DNA from: Gemmatimonadales bacterium
Lineage (GTDB): Bacteria > Gemmatimonadota > Gemmatimonadetes > Gemmatimonadales > GWC2-71-9
Direction: 5' to 3'
Length of the DNA stretch: 64,000 bases
Assembly (NCBI GenBank): GCA_049680185.1
Contig: JBAUHI010000076.1
Coordinates: 4,339 to 68,338 of the forward strand
Part shown: positions 35,183 to 44,357 of the stretch, piece after piece
How the letters are laid out: every line of letters begins with the position of its first letter
Position numbering within the stretch: the stretch's first letter is position 1
The notes under the pieces: generated by a model
Told to the model about the DNA's origin: nothing
The model's input: the letters and a program-made list of their open reading frames with translations, nothing else
The model's database searches: none
Program-made: the position numbers and the translations under genes

Positions 35183-36051
35183 GGTTCGACGTGCACGAGG
35201 ACGTGCTGCAAGGGGAATTCCGCGCCGAGCGCCGCCTCGACCGCGTCGGCGATGCGGTGGCCGGCGTCGACCGACGCGGCGCCTTCGACGGCGATGGTCA
35301 CCTCGGCAAAGTGCAGCTCGGACGCCGTGCGCGAGCGGATCCCGTAGGCGCGCTGAACACCGGGCACGGCCTCGGCGACACGGCGGAGGTCGCCCTCGGG
35401 GAACGCCGCCTGATCGAGGAGGGTGGGCATCGAACGCTTCACGATCTCGTAGCCGACGTGCGCGACCAGTCCGGCCACGACCACGGCCAGGAGCGGGTCG
35501 GCCCACATGTATCCGGCGCGCGCGAGCAGCAGGCCGCCGATGACCGCCAGGGTGATCCAGACGTCAGAACGGGTGTGCTCCGCATCCGCCAGGAGGATCT
35601 CGCTGCCGAGCCGCACGGCCGCACGCCGCTCGTACCATGCGACCCAGATGTTCACGCCCAGCGTCATCGTCAGGAGACCACCCTCCAGGGGGCCGAATGC
35701 GATCGGGTGACCACCCTGTGCCAGATGGACCGCGGCCCCTCGGAGCAGCTCGAAGATGGTCACGGAGAGGAACACCACGATGCTCAAGGCCCCGAGCGTC
35801 TCGAACTTGGCGTGGCCGTAGGGATGGTCGGCGTCGGGCCCGCGGGACGCAAAGTGTGTGATGGCAAGTCCGAAGACGTTGTTCATCACATCGACCGACG
35901 AGTGGAGCACATCCCCGAAGACGGCGAGGGACCCGGTGGCGATCCCGACCCCGATCTTGATGGCGACGACCAGCAGGTTGGCCCAGAGCAGGGCGCCAAG
36001 GACCTGGCGCACCTGCCGGTCGCGGTCCACGGCCGGGCTGTTCGGGGGCAT
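35176..36051 (-). CDS. Cation diffusion facilitator family transporter
   Basis: Six-TM pattern with HSSVDVMNNV and LLADAEHTRSDVW metal-site motifs, C-terminal cytoplasmic domain ...AEVTIAVEG. Confidence 0.88.
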   Translation of the reverse strand: MPPNSPAVDRDRQVRQVLGALLWANLLVVAIKIGVGIATGSLAVFGDVLHSSVDVMNNVFGLAITHFASRGPDADHPYGHAKFETLGALSIVVFLSVTIFELLRGAAVHLAQGGHPIAFGPLEGGLLTMTLGVNIWVAWYERRAAVRLGSEILLADAEHTRSDVWITLAVIGGLLLARAGYMWADPLLAVVVAGLVAHVGYEIVKRSMPTLLDQAAFPEGDLRRVAEAVPGVQRAYGIRSRTASELHFAEVTIAVEGAASVDAGHRIADAVEAALGAEFPLQHVLVHVEPC

Positions 36052-36096
36052 CCTGTAAGCTCGTTACGAATGGTGGGCACGGTCAATAGAGGCGGG

Positions 36097-37275
36097 TCAA
36101 TCGGCGCGCAGCGCCACCCCCTTGAGGTACCCCGTTTCCGGGATGGTCACGACCTCGGGGTGGTCGATATCCTGGCCCAGGTGCCGCAGCAGCGTGAGCC
36201 GGCGTCCGCTATCCGCCGCTGCCGCGCCGATCATCTCGACGAAGTCGGCTCGGCGGAGGTGGAACGAACACGATGCCGTCACCAGCACTCCGCCGGGGGC
36301 CAGTATCCGCATAGCCCGGAGGTTGATCTCGTGGTACCCGCGGAGGGCTCCGGGGAGCGCGGCCTTCGACTTGGCAAAGGCGGGAGGATCGACCACCACG
36401 AGGTCGAAACGGCGCCGGGTCCGTTCGTAGCCACGCAGCAGCTCGAAGGCGTCCCCCTCGGTCCACTCGATGTTCTGGTACCCGTTGAGTGTGGCGTTCT
36501 CCGCGCCCCGCGCGAGGGCCTCGCCGCTCGAGTCGATCGCCGTGACCCGCGCGGCCCGGCGGGCCAGGTGCAAGGCGAACGACCCGTGATAGCTGAAGCA
36601 GTCCAGCGCTTCGCCACCGGTCCGGAGGAGCTCCTTCGCAATGACGCGATTGGCGCGCTGGTCGAGGAAGGCGCCGGTCTTCTGGCCGGTCCACGGCGCC
36701 GCCAGGAAGCGGACCCCCGCCTCCACGACTTCGATCGGATCCGGCACTGCACCGTGCACCAGCTCGACCTGTTCCTTGAGACCCTCGTGCCGGCGCACCC
36801 CGGCGTCGTTACGAAGGAGGACCCCTTCCGCGCCGGTCACCTCGACGATCGCCGCGATCACGTCGTCCCGCATCGTCTCCAGCCCGGCCGAGAGGAGCTG
36901 GGCCACCACCCAGCGGTCGTAGCGGTCGACGATGAGGCTCGGCAGGCCGTCGCCCTCGCCGTGGACCACCCGGTATGCGGTGGAGTCGATGCCGGCGCGC
37001 CGCACGAACGCGGCTCCGATCCGGGCCGCCCACCAAGCGCGGTCGAGCGGCCGTTCGGTCGCTTCGATCAATCGAAGGCGGATCTCGGAACGGGGCGAAT
37101 AGAGCGCCTGCCCCAGGAACTTGCCGCGCCGGTCGCGGACCGAGACGACCCCGGCCCCGGCACTTGGCTCGCCCAGCACATCGCTGCGATAGATCCACGG
37201 ATGGCCGCCGGCCCAGCGGGCCGCCCCCTTGGCGCTCACCACCGCGGCCGGTCGGTCACTCCGCCGGACGGTCAT
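36097..37275 (-). CDS. Class I SAM-dependent rRNA methyltransferase, RlmI-like (PUA + MTase)
   Basis: HPWIYRSDV (PUA-type N-terminus), TGAFLDQR, LDCFSYHGSFALH, DLVVVDPPAFAKSK. Confidence 0.85.
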   Translation of the reverse strand: MTVRRSDRPAAVVSAKGAARWAGGHPWIYRSDVLGEPSAGAGVVSVRDRRGKFLGQALYSPRSEIRLRLIEATERPLDRAWWAARIGAAFVRRAGIDSTAYRVVHGEGDGLPSLIVDRYDRWVVAQLLSAGLETMRDDVIAAIVEVTGAEGVLLRNDAGVRRHEGLKEQVELVHGAVPDPIEVVEAGVRFLAAPWTGQKTGAFLDQRANRVIAKELLRTGGEALDCFSYHGSFALHLARRAARVTAIDSSGEALARGAENATLNGYQNIEWTEGDAFELLRGYERTRRRFDLVVVDPPAFAKSKAALPGALRGYHEINLRAMRILAPGGVLVTASCSFHLRRADFVEMIGAAAADSGRRLTLLRHLGQDIDHPEVVTIPETGYLKGVALRAD

Positions 37276-37290
37276 TGCATAGCTTTCAGC

Positions 37291-37920
37291 ATGGACAGCA
37301 ATCTAGCCCGGCCGCTTCGGCTCCTCCTCATTGCCGACCACGAATTGTTCCGAGGGCGTGATCCGTTGCTGCTCTGCCGCGAGGCGGTCGAGGGCGGGGT
37401 CACGGCGGTACAACTTCGCTGGAAGGGCGGGACACCGCGGGAACAGGTGGAGCTGGCGCGCCGGCTGGTGGCGGGGCTGGTGGTACCGGTCTTCGTCAAC
37501 GACCGGCCCGACGTGGCGCTCGCGGCGGGGTGTGCCGGAGTCCACCTTGGCGCGGACGACCTGCCGCTCACCCTCGCGCGCCGGATCGCACCATCGGGGT
37601 TCGTGCTCGGGGTGAGCGTGGGGAGCGACACCGAGGCCGATGGCGCGAACGGTGCCTCGTACGCGGGTGTCGGGCCATGGCGGACGACCCGGACCAAGCT
37701 CGATGCCGGTGCGGCGCTGGGCGCCACTGCGGCCGCACGGCTGATCGCGCGGATCCGACCGGTCCCGGCCCTCGTGATCGGCGGCGTTCGTCCGGAGGAT
37801 GTTCCGGGCATCGTCGCCGCAGGTGGGGTCGGTGCGGCGGTCGGTGCAGGGATCCTGGGTCAGCCGGATGTCCGCCGAGCGGCAGCGGCGTATCGGGAAG
37901 CGGAGCGCGGGATCGTCTAG
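37291..37920 (+). CDS. thiE: Thiamine-phosphate synthase
   Basis: In-frame ATG at 37291 within the spurious 946-aa track ORF. LLLIADHE..., VTAVQLRWK, VFVNDRPDVALAAGCAGVHLG, GVGPW..TRTK, VIGGV. Confidence 0.85.
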   Translation: MDSNLARPLRLLLIADHELFRGRDPLLLCREAVEGGVTAVQLRWKGGTPREQVELARRLVAGLVVPVFVNDRPDVALAAGCAGVHLGADDLPLTLARRIAPSGFVLGVSVGSDTEADGANGASYAGVGPWRTTRTKLDAGAALGATAAARLIARIRPVPALVIGGVRPEDVPGIVAAGGVGAAVGAGILGQPDVRRAAAAYREAERGIV

Positions 37921-38891
37921 CGGTGACGGCCGCGGATGCGGCGGATGGTGCGGACGTGTTCCGCGTAGGTCGTGCTGAACTGGTGCCCGCCGGTCGAATC
38001 GGCCACGAAATAGAGATACGGCACGGTGGCGGGGTGGACGGCGGCCCAGAGACTCTGGATGCCGGGGGAGGAGATCGGTCCCGGCGGCAGGCCCGGGTGG
38101 AGATAGGTGTTGTACGGCGAGGGGAATCCGTAGTCCTTGTTGAACAGCCGTTTCTTCCGGGTGCCACGCTTGAGTTCGATGGCGTATTGCACCGTCGGGT
38201 CGGCCTGCAAGTTCATCCCCTGCAGCAGGCGGTTGGTGTACACTCCCGCGATGATGGCGCGCTCCTCGGGCTTGCGTGCTTCCCCTTCCACGATGCTGGC
38301 GAGCGTCACCGCTTGGCGCCGGGTCATCCCCCGGCGGGCCAGGACCTGGTCCCATCCAGGCTGCCACTCGGCGAGGAATTGACGGCCCATCATCCGCACC
38401 AGGCCGCGCGCCGTGGTGCCCACCGGAACGGAGTAGGTCTCGGGGAGGAGATAGCCTTCGAAGGTCGGTCCATCGAGGTCGAGGGCGCGCAGTTCGGTGG
38501 TGTCGCGGGCGGCGGCGAGGAACGAGTCGGCGGCGATGTGGAGCTGGTCGGCGGCAAGGGCAGCCACTTCCCCGAGCGTGAGTCCTTCCGGCACCGTGAG
38601 GCGATCCGCGGCGATGCGGCCCTGGCTCAGGAGGTCGAGCACCGTCCATGCGGACCGTCCGCGGGGGAGGTCGTAGGTCCCGGCCTGGACGTGATGGTCA
38701 ACGCCGCGGAGGCGGCCGAGGATGCGGAACCAGGTCGGGTGGGTGACGACGCCATGTGCGGCGAGCGAGTCCGTGACGCGGGCGAACGCGATGCCGGCGG
38801 GGATCGTCACGCGTTCGCGCGGCGCCTGGGCGGGGCCGCCGCCACAGGCCGCCACGAGGAGGGCGGTGGCGATCCACCCCTGGGCCTTCAT
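37917..38891 (-). CDS. mltG: Endolytic murein transglycosylase MltG (YceG family)
   Basis: Lipoprotein-like N-terminus ALLVAACGG. LASIVEGEA, YNTYLHPGLPPGPISSPG (YceG signature). Confidence 0.88.
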   Translation of the reverse strand: MKAQGWIATALLVAACGGGPAQAPRERVTIPAGIAFARVTDSLAAHGVVTHPTWFRILGRLRGVDHHVQAGTYDLPRGRSAWTVLDLLSQGRIAADRLTVPEGLTLGEVAALAADQLHIAADSFLAAARDTTELRALDLDGPTFEGYLLPETYSVPVGTTARGLVRMMGRQFLAEWQPGWDQVLARRGMTRRQAVTLASIVEGEARKPEERAIIAGVYTNRLLQGMNLQADPTVQYAIELKRGTRKKRLFNKDYGFPSPYNTYLHPGLPPGPISSPGIQSLWAAVHPATVPYLYFVADSTGGHQFSTTYAEHVRTIRRIRGRHR

Positions 38892-39334
38892 CGCGTGCTC
38901 CGGCGGCTTTCGAGGAAGTGTTGGAGGAGGATGGCAGCGGCGAGCGCGTCGACATCTTCCTTGCGTCCGCGGGTGGAACCGCCCTGTTCCCGGATGGCAC
39001 CGAGGGCGCGCGCCGTGCTCATCCGCTCATCCCACCACGCCACCGGAAGCCCGGTGCGTCGGGCCACCGTCGCGCCCATCTCGCGGGCGGCCGCAGCACT
39101 GGGCCCTTCGTCGCCGTTGGGGGTGAGGGGGAGGCCGATCACGATGCCGACCGGCGCGTGAAGGGCCACGAGTTCGAGGAAACGCGGCATCGGGAAGCGC
39201 TTGCCGACCCGGCGGACGAGGGTCTCCAGCGGCGAGGCCAGGATCTGGGTCTCGTCGGAGAGGGCGAGTCCCAGGCGCACTTCGCCCCAGTCGATGGCGA
39301 TGAGGCGACCGGGGCGGGGGAGGTCGGAGTTCAT
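38888..39334 (-). CDS. ruvX: Putative pre-16S rRNA nuclease / Holliday junction resolvase-like YqgF
   Basis: RLIAIDWGEVRLGLALSDE...VIGLPLTPNG...DERMST. ATGA overlap with mltG. Confidence 0.88.
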   Translation of the reverse strand: MNSDLPRPGRLIAIDWGEVRLGLALSDETQILASPLETLVRRVGKRFPMPRFLELVALHAPVGIVIGLPLTPNGDEGPSAAAAREMGATVARRTGLPVAWWDERMSTARALGAIREQGGSTRGRKEDVDALAAAILLQHFLESRRSTR

Positions 39335-39346
39335 CGAGGGGTCGAT

Positions 39347-39433
39347 GGTGAACGGTCAACAGTGAACGGTGAAAGGGAACTGGGCTCCACGGGTGGCGAG
39401 TCCCAGTTCACCGTTGACCCTTCACCGTTCACC
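39347..39433. repeat. Heptamer-array inverted repeat element, copy D
   Basis: GGTGAACGG TCAACAG TGAACGG TGAAAGG GAACTGGG -16 nt- CCCAGTTCA CCGTTGA CCCTTCA CCGTTCA CC. It occupies the whole rho-ruvX intergenic gap. Confidence 0.85.
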
Positions 39434-39435
39434 TT

Positions 39436-40683
39436 TCATTGCGCCATCGTGGCGAAGAACTCCTTGTTGTTCTTCGTCCGCTTCATCCGCTCGAGGAGGA
39501 ACTCCAGGGCCTCGACCGGCGGCATGTCGGCCAGGAAGTTCCGCAGCAGGTACACCCGGTTGAGCTCGTCCTTGTCCATCAGGAGCTCTTCCTTGCGGGT
39601 GCTGGTGCGCTGGATGTCGATGGCGGGGTAGATGCGGCGGTCGGCCAGGCGCCGGTCGAGGACCAGTTCCATGTTGCCGGTGCCCTTGAACTCCTCGAAG
39701 ATCACCTCGTCCATCCGGCTGCCGGTGTCGATGAGCGCCGTCGCGATGATCGTGAGCGAGCCGCCCTTGTCGATGTTGCGCGCGGCGCCGAAGAATCGCT
39801 TGGGCTTCTGCAACGCGTTGGCGTCCACGCCGCCCGAGAGGATCTTGCCGGAATGCGGTACCACCACATTGTGCGCCCGTGCCAGCCGGGTGATCGAGTC
39901 GAGGAGGATGACGACGTCCCGACCGTGCTCGACCAGCCGCTTCGACTTCTCGATGACCATGTCGGCCACCTGCACGTGGCGGTCGGCGGGCTCGTCGAAG
40001 GTCGAGGAGATGACCTCGGCCTTCACATTCTCCTGCATGTCGGTCACTTCCTCGGGCCGCTCGTCGATGAGCAGGACGATGAGCGTGATCTCGGGGTGAT
40101 TCTCGCTGATGGCATTGGCGAGCTTCTGCATCAGGATCGTCTTGCCGGCCTTCGGCGGCGCTACGATCAGGCCGCGCTGCCCCTTGCCGATGGGCGAGAG
40201 AAGATCCACCACCCGCATCGACAGGTCCTGGGTCTTCCGCTCCAGGCTGATCCGTTCATCCGGATAGCGCGGCTTCAGGTTGTCGAACGCGATCCGATGC
40301 TTGGTCTTCTCGGGCTCCTCGTAGTTGACGCTCTCGACCTTGAGGAGTGCCAGGTACCGCTCGCCTTCCTTCGGCGGCCGGACCTGTCCCATGACGGTAT
40401 CGCCGGTGCGAAGGTCGAAGCGCTTGATCTGGCTCGGGCTGACGTAGATGTCGTCGGGCCCGTAGAGGTAGTTCCAGTCCTGGCTGCGAAGGAAGCCGTA
40501 GCCCTCGGGGAGGATCTCGAGCACCCCCTCGCCGCGAATGACCGTGTCCGAGTCGAGCAGGGTCTGCTCGATGCGGAAGATCAGGTCCTGCTTCCTGAGC
40601 CCCGAGTAATTGAGGATGTTGAGCTGCTCGGCCAACGCGTGCAGCTCGGCGACGGACTTTTGCTTGAGTTCTGCGATATCCAC
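39436..40683 (-). CDS. rho: Transcription termination factor Rho
   Basis: EGYGFLRS (RNA-binding domain), [16 protein letters not shown] (Walker A), [10 protein letters not shown], classic C-terminus. GTG start at 40683. Confidence 0.95.
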   Translation of the reverse strand: MDIAELKQKSVAELHALAEQLNILNYSGLRKQDLIFRIEQTLLDSDTVIRGEGVLEILPEGYGFLRSQDWNYLYGPDDIYVSPSQIKRFDLRTGDTVMGQVRPPKEGERYLALLKVESVNYEEPEKTKHRIAFDNLKPRYPDERISLERKTQDLSMRVVDLLSPIGKGQRGLIVAPPKAGKTILMQKLANAISENHPEITLIVLLIDERPEEVTDMQENVKAEVISSTFDEPADRHVQVADMVIEKSKRLVEHGRDVVILLDSITRLARAHNVVVPHSGKILSGGVDANALQKPKRFFGAARNIDKGGSLTIIATALIDTGSRMDEVIFEEFKGTGNMELVLDRRLADRRIYPAIDIQRTSTRKEELLMDKDELNRVYLLRNFLADMPPVEALEFLLERMKRTKNNKEFFATMAQ

Positions 40684-40996
40684 TGGGCGGATGCTCCGCT
40701 GGGCGGGGGCCGGCGCGGGGGCACCGGTGCCACTGGCTTCAGGTGTGGGGGAACGGCAGGTCGGAAACAGTGTCGGTCCGCAACGGGCGCGGCGCCGGGA
40801 TCAGGCTCTATGGGATTGGGAAGGATGGTGAGTCACTGGATGCGGCCCTAAGGTAGGATGCCGCCCCGCCTCCGTCAAGCGACCGGCGGTTGGTCCGGTG
40901 TCCCACCCTATTGCCTAAGTCCAAGGGTCTCCCTAGCTTAGGGCTGTACCCCATGTCCGGCCGGTGTCCGGTCCTGCCCCAGGTCAAGGACGGTCG

Positions 40997-41287
40997 ATGC
41001 CCGCGCAACCAGCCCGACAACCCCTCCGCGAACCCCGCGCACCGTCCGTCCACGAACTCCCGCCGTTCCGGTTTGATGGCCTGACCATCGATGTCCGCGC
41101 CACCGTCCTGCGGGGCGAGGATGGCGTGTGGCGCGGTCGGCTCCACTTCCTGGGTGGCGTGGATGGGCCCGACGCCGAACGGCAGACCGCCGAGATCTTT
41201 TGCGCGGCGACGGAGAACGAGTTCTGGGATTCGGTCCGCGGACTCGGCCCCCACCACGTGCGCGACCTCTACCGCTCCCTTCTTTAG
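40997..41287 (+). CDS. Hypothetical protein (96 aa)
   Basis: ATG at 40997 with AAGGA 7 nt upstream. ...FRFDGLTIDVRATVLRGEDGVWRGRLHFLGG...FWDSVRGLGPHHVRDLYRSLL. Globular-looking composition, no recognised domain. Confidence 0.55.
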   Translation: MPAQPARQPLREPRAPSVHELPPFRFDGLTIDVRATVLRGEDGVWRGRLHFLGGVDGPDAERQTAEIFCAATENEFWDSVRGLGPHHVRDLYRSLL

Positions 41288-41302
41288 CCGGGCGGAACCG
41301 GA

Positions 41303-41485
41303 ATGACCGACGCCGAACGCCTCCACACTCTCCGCCACGACATCGCCAACCCCCTGTCCGCACTCCTCGCCGAAGCGCAACTGCTCTTGCTCAACGACAG
41401 CAAGCTCGATCCTGAAGTGGCGGGAAGCGTGCGGGAGATCGAGAAGCTTGCCCTGCGGATGCGCGCATTGCTTCGGGATATCTGA
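41303..41485 (+). CDS. Stand-alone HisKA/DHp-like domain protein (60 aa)
   Basis: MTDAERLHTLRHDIANPLSALLAEAQLLLLNDSKLDPEVAGSVREIEKLALRMRALLRDI. H-box-like LRHDIANPLSAL followed by a second helix. No sensor or ATPase domain. 15 nt downstream of the 96-aa ORF. Confidence 0.6.
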   Translation: MTDAERLHTLRHDIANPLSALLAEAQLLLLNDSKLDPEVAGSVREIEKLALRMRALLRDI

Positions 41486-41594
41486 GCGTTGAGCCGCCCG
41501 AGTCCGGCGCGGAGGGATCCAGTGCGCTGGCCCGCTCCCGGTATCCGCGGCCGGCCCCGAACACCGGGATGGATCTGGCCGGGCCGCCGGACCC

Positions 41595-43334
41595 TCAGGC
41601 GTCAGGGACGTCCCGGCGGTGGCGCCAACCGTTCGTGAGGTAGAGCACCAGGAAGACGGCACTGAGCCCGCTGATCAGGAGTCGCTCGGTCATCCCCGCA
41701 TCACTCGCCGACGCCAATCCCTCGATCGTTCCCGCTACCACCAACAGGACCACGGTCGCACCGACCATCGGGATCGCACCCCGGCCGGCCAGCCTCACCG
41801 CCTCGCCGCGCGAGTGATCGCCCGGCGCCACGAGTGCGAACCCGAGCTGGAAGCCCGCTGCGCCCGCGACCGCGATGGCGAAGAGTTCCAGTATGCCGTG
41901 GCCGATGATGAACGCCATCAGGTAGCCGAGCACACCAAGGTTCGCGAAATGGGCCGCCGAGATCCCCAGCGTGGCGCCGTTGGTGGCAAGCAGAAAGAGC
42001 GACCCCACTCCCAGGAAGATGCCGCCGGCAAAACAGGCGAACGCGACCCGGACGTTGTTGCCGATGATGGCCGCGGCGGTCGCGGGGCGGTCCTCCGGGG
42101 CGGCCTCGTAGTACGTGAGCCCGCGATCGATCCGCGTCTTGGCGCTCGCTGCGCGTTCAAGCATCAGGTCAGGGAGCAGTTCGTACGCCAGCCCGGGGCG
42201 CTCCCGGACGATGGTCCACCCAACGGCCGCCGGCACGAAGAGGAACACCAGCGCCAGGAGCACGGTGCGCCAGGCGTTCACCACCGCCGCCGGACAGCGC
42301 CGCCACGCGAGTTCCGTGAGTCGGGTGAGCGAGCGGGGTGGCTCGCGGTAGAGCGCATTGTGGCCGGCCGCGACCAGCCGTTCCAGTCGGTCAAGAGTCG
42401 CTTCCGGCGCATTGTAGGTCCGCGCGCGGGCCAGGTCGGAGGAGACCTCGCGATAGCGGGCGGCAAAGTCGATGAGGTCGGGTGCGCTGAACGTGTCCAG
42501 TCCGCGGGAGTTCGCCGCCCGCGCCAGCACCTCGAACGCATCCCAGCGGTCCCCTTGTCGCTCGGCGAGCTGGAATGCCGTCCGCTCCTCGGCATCGCCG
42601 CCGCCGCTCGCCCGGGCGGCCCGCTCCGCATCATACAGTCCGCTCAGGAACGTGGCGTCATCGGAGGGACGCTCGGGCCAGCGCGCCGCGAACCGGGCGG
42701 CGAGCGCCACACGTATCCGTGCGCCTGCCGCCGGATCGAGATCCTTGACGCGTTCTTGAAATGACTCGAGCCACGCGTACTCGGCGGGTTCGAGCCGGGC
42801 CAGCGCGGTGGTGGTCGTGGCGGGAACGTGGGGACGATGGCGTGCATCGAAGGGGCGGTCACGGACCACCAGCGTGCCGGCGGCCAGGTCGCCGAGGCGC
42901 CGGGCGCGCGGATGGAAGAAGAGGAAAAGGAATCCGGTCACGTAGGGTGGTGGGAAGAAATCCGCCAGCCGCACGATGTTCCGGACCACGACGGGGCCAA
43001 ATCCGGCGGGATGTCCGGTGATGCGCACGACCCGGATCCCCACCAGTCGCTTGCCGGGAGTCTGCCCCTGCCACCACGATTCGAACCCGATGAAATAGCC
43101 GAGGGCCACCACCGCCGACAGCGCGATGACTCCGGCGCTGGCCAGGGACCCGAGCGGGAACACGCGCAGCGCCGAGAGGCCGATCAACGCCGCGATGAGG
43201 ATGCCGTGGTCGATCGCGGATGCCAGGCTGCGGGAGCCGATCCGGGCCGCCTCGTACCCGAGGGTCACCGATTCCGGCGTTTCGACCTGATGCCGGGAGC
43301 CTAAGTCCACGCGGGAGATGGGGGCGCGCGCCAT
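41595..43334 (-). CDS. Membrane protein: N-terminal RDD domain fused to SpoIIM-like (DUF95) domain
   Basis: ATG at 43334. RDD part: SAIDHGILIA...GQTPGKRLVGIRVV...RNIVRLADFF...GDLAAGTLVV. C-terminal part: multi-TM with IGHGILELFAIAVAGAAG, typical of SpoIIM/DUF95. Confidence 0.7.
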   Translation of the reverse strand: MARAPISRVDLGSRHQVETPESVTLGYEAARIGSRSLASAIDHGILIAALIGLSALRVFPLGSLASAGVIALSAVVALGYFIGFESWWQGQTPGKRLVGIRVVRITGHPAGFGPVVVRNIVRLADFFPPPYVTGFLFLFFHPRARRLGDLAAGTLVVRDRPFDARHRPHVPATTTTALARLEPAEYAWLESFQERVKDLDPAAGARIRVALAARFAARWPERPSDDATFLSGLYDAERAARASGGGDAEERTAFQLAERQGDRWDAFEVLARAANSRGLDTFSAPDLIDFAARYREVSSDLARARTYNAPEATLDRLERLVAAGHNALYREPPRSLTRLTELAWRRCPAAVVNAWRTVLLALVFLFVPAAVGWTIVRERPGLAYELLPDLMLERAASAKTRIDRGLTYYEAAPEDRPATAAAIIGNNVRVAFACFAGGIFLGVGSLFLLATNGATLGISAAHFANLGVLGYLMAFIIGHGILELFAIAVAGAAGFQLGFALVAPGDHSRGEAVRLAGRGAIPMVGATVVLLVVAGTIEGLASASDAGMTERLLISGLSAVFLVLYLTNGWRHRRDVPDA

Positions 43335-43439
43335 CGGGGAATGATAGCGTTCGCGGGGCTTGCGGGTGGGCGCTGGTGGCAGCAACGTCCCCCAGTGGTG
43401 CGCCCGTCCTTGGACCATGCCCCCGAACCACTACTGGAG

Positions 43440-44357
43440 ATGCCGATGGCCGACCTTGCGATGCGTCCATTGTCGGTAGGTGAGATCCTGGATCGGTCAT
43501 TCGCGTTGCTCCGTGCCAGGTTCGGTGCGCTCTTCCTGGTGGGGCTCGCGTGTTTCGTGATCCCGATCTTCCTCGCCGTCGGCAGCCTGGCGGACTTTTC
43601 CCAGCTCTCCCAGCAGGCGACCGTCGCGCAACCGGCGCAGATGGACCTCGCACTCGGGATGCTCGGGAGACTCTTCTGGGTCGCGTTGGTGGCGTTCTTT
43701 GGATTCATCGTTGCCCGTGGGGCGTGGGTCCATCTCGTATCCGAGACCATTCTGGGACGCGACGCCGGCGCGGGGGTCGCGCTCCGCCGCGGGCTGTCCA
43801 CGGCGCTGCCGATGGCCGGCCTCAGCTTCCTCGAGGGTGCGATCTTCTTCGGCATCTACCTCGGGCTCGCACTGCCGACCTTGCTGGTCGTCTCCACGGT
43901 GTTCCACGGCACGCCGCTGGCCGCGGTCGCGCTGGTCACCGTCGTCGTGCTCGGCGGGATCGTTCTGGCCGCGTGGGTCTACGCCGGGCTCTATGTCGCG
44001 GCGCCGGCGCTGGTCCTGGACCGACCCACCGGTGTGATGCACGCGCTCTCGCACTCGTGGGCGCTCAGCCTTGGCCGCCGCGGCGCCATTCTCTCGATCA
44101 TCTCCCTGCTCGCGGTCCTCGCGCTGCTCGTCCAGCTTGCGGTGGCCCTTGGATTGGGCACATTCGGGAGCACCATCGGTGCGGGTCCCCAGGTGCTGGG
44201 CCCGATGGCACTCTTGAGCTTCGGCTTCACGGCACTCTTCCAGATCGTGCTGGCCGTCCTCGGCTACGTCATCCAAACGGTGATGTACTACGACCTGCGC
44301 GTCCGGAAGGAGGGCCTGGATCTGGAACTGATGGCTGGCGCACTGGGGCACGACTGA
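43440..44357 (+). CDS. Polytopic membrane protein (GlpQ-membrane-domain/DUF-type), hypothetical
   Basis: LSVGEILDRSFALLRARFGALF..., six or more hydrophobic segments, ends YYDLRVRKEGLDLE. The start (ATG 43440 or 43446) is uncertain. Confidence 0.6.
   Translation: MPMADLAMRPLSVGEILDRSFALLRARFGALFLVGLACFVIPIFLAVGSLADFSQLSQQATVAQPAQMDLALGMLGRLFWVALVAFFGFIVARGAWVHLVSETILGRDAGAGVALRRGLSTALPMAGLSFLEGAIFFGIYLGLALPTLLVVSTVFHGTPLAAVALVTVVVLGGIVLAAWVYAGLYVAAPALVLDRPTGVMHALSHSWALSLGRRGAILSIISLLAVLALLVQLAVALGLGTFGSTIGAGPQVLGPMALLSFGFTALFQIVLAVLGYVIQTVMYYDLRVRKEGLDLELMAGALGHD

Noticed and set aside
35080-37290. N-terminal 737 codons of the 946-aa plus-strand ORF 35080..37920.
   Set aside because: This part is antisense to the well-supported CDF transporter and RlmI genes. 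Only the last 209 codons (from ATG 37291) match ThiE.
37276-37290. TPP riboswitch upstream of thiE.
   Set aside because: Only 15 nt separate thiE from the divergent rlmI start, so there is no room for a roughly 100-nt aptamer.
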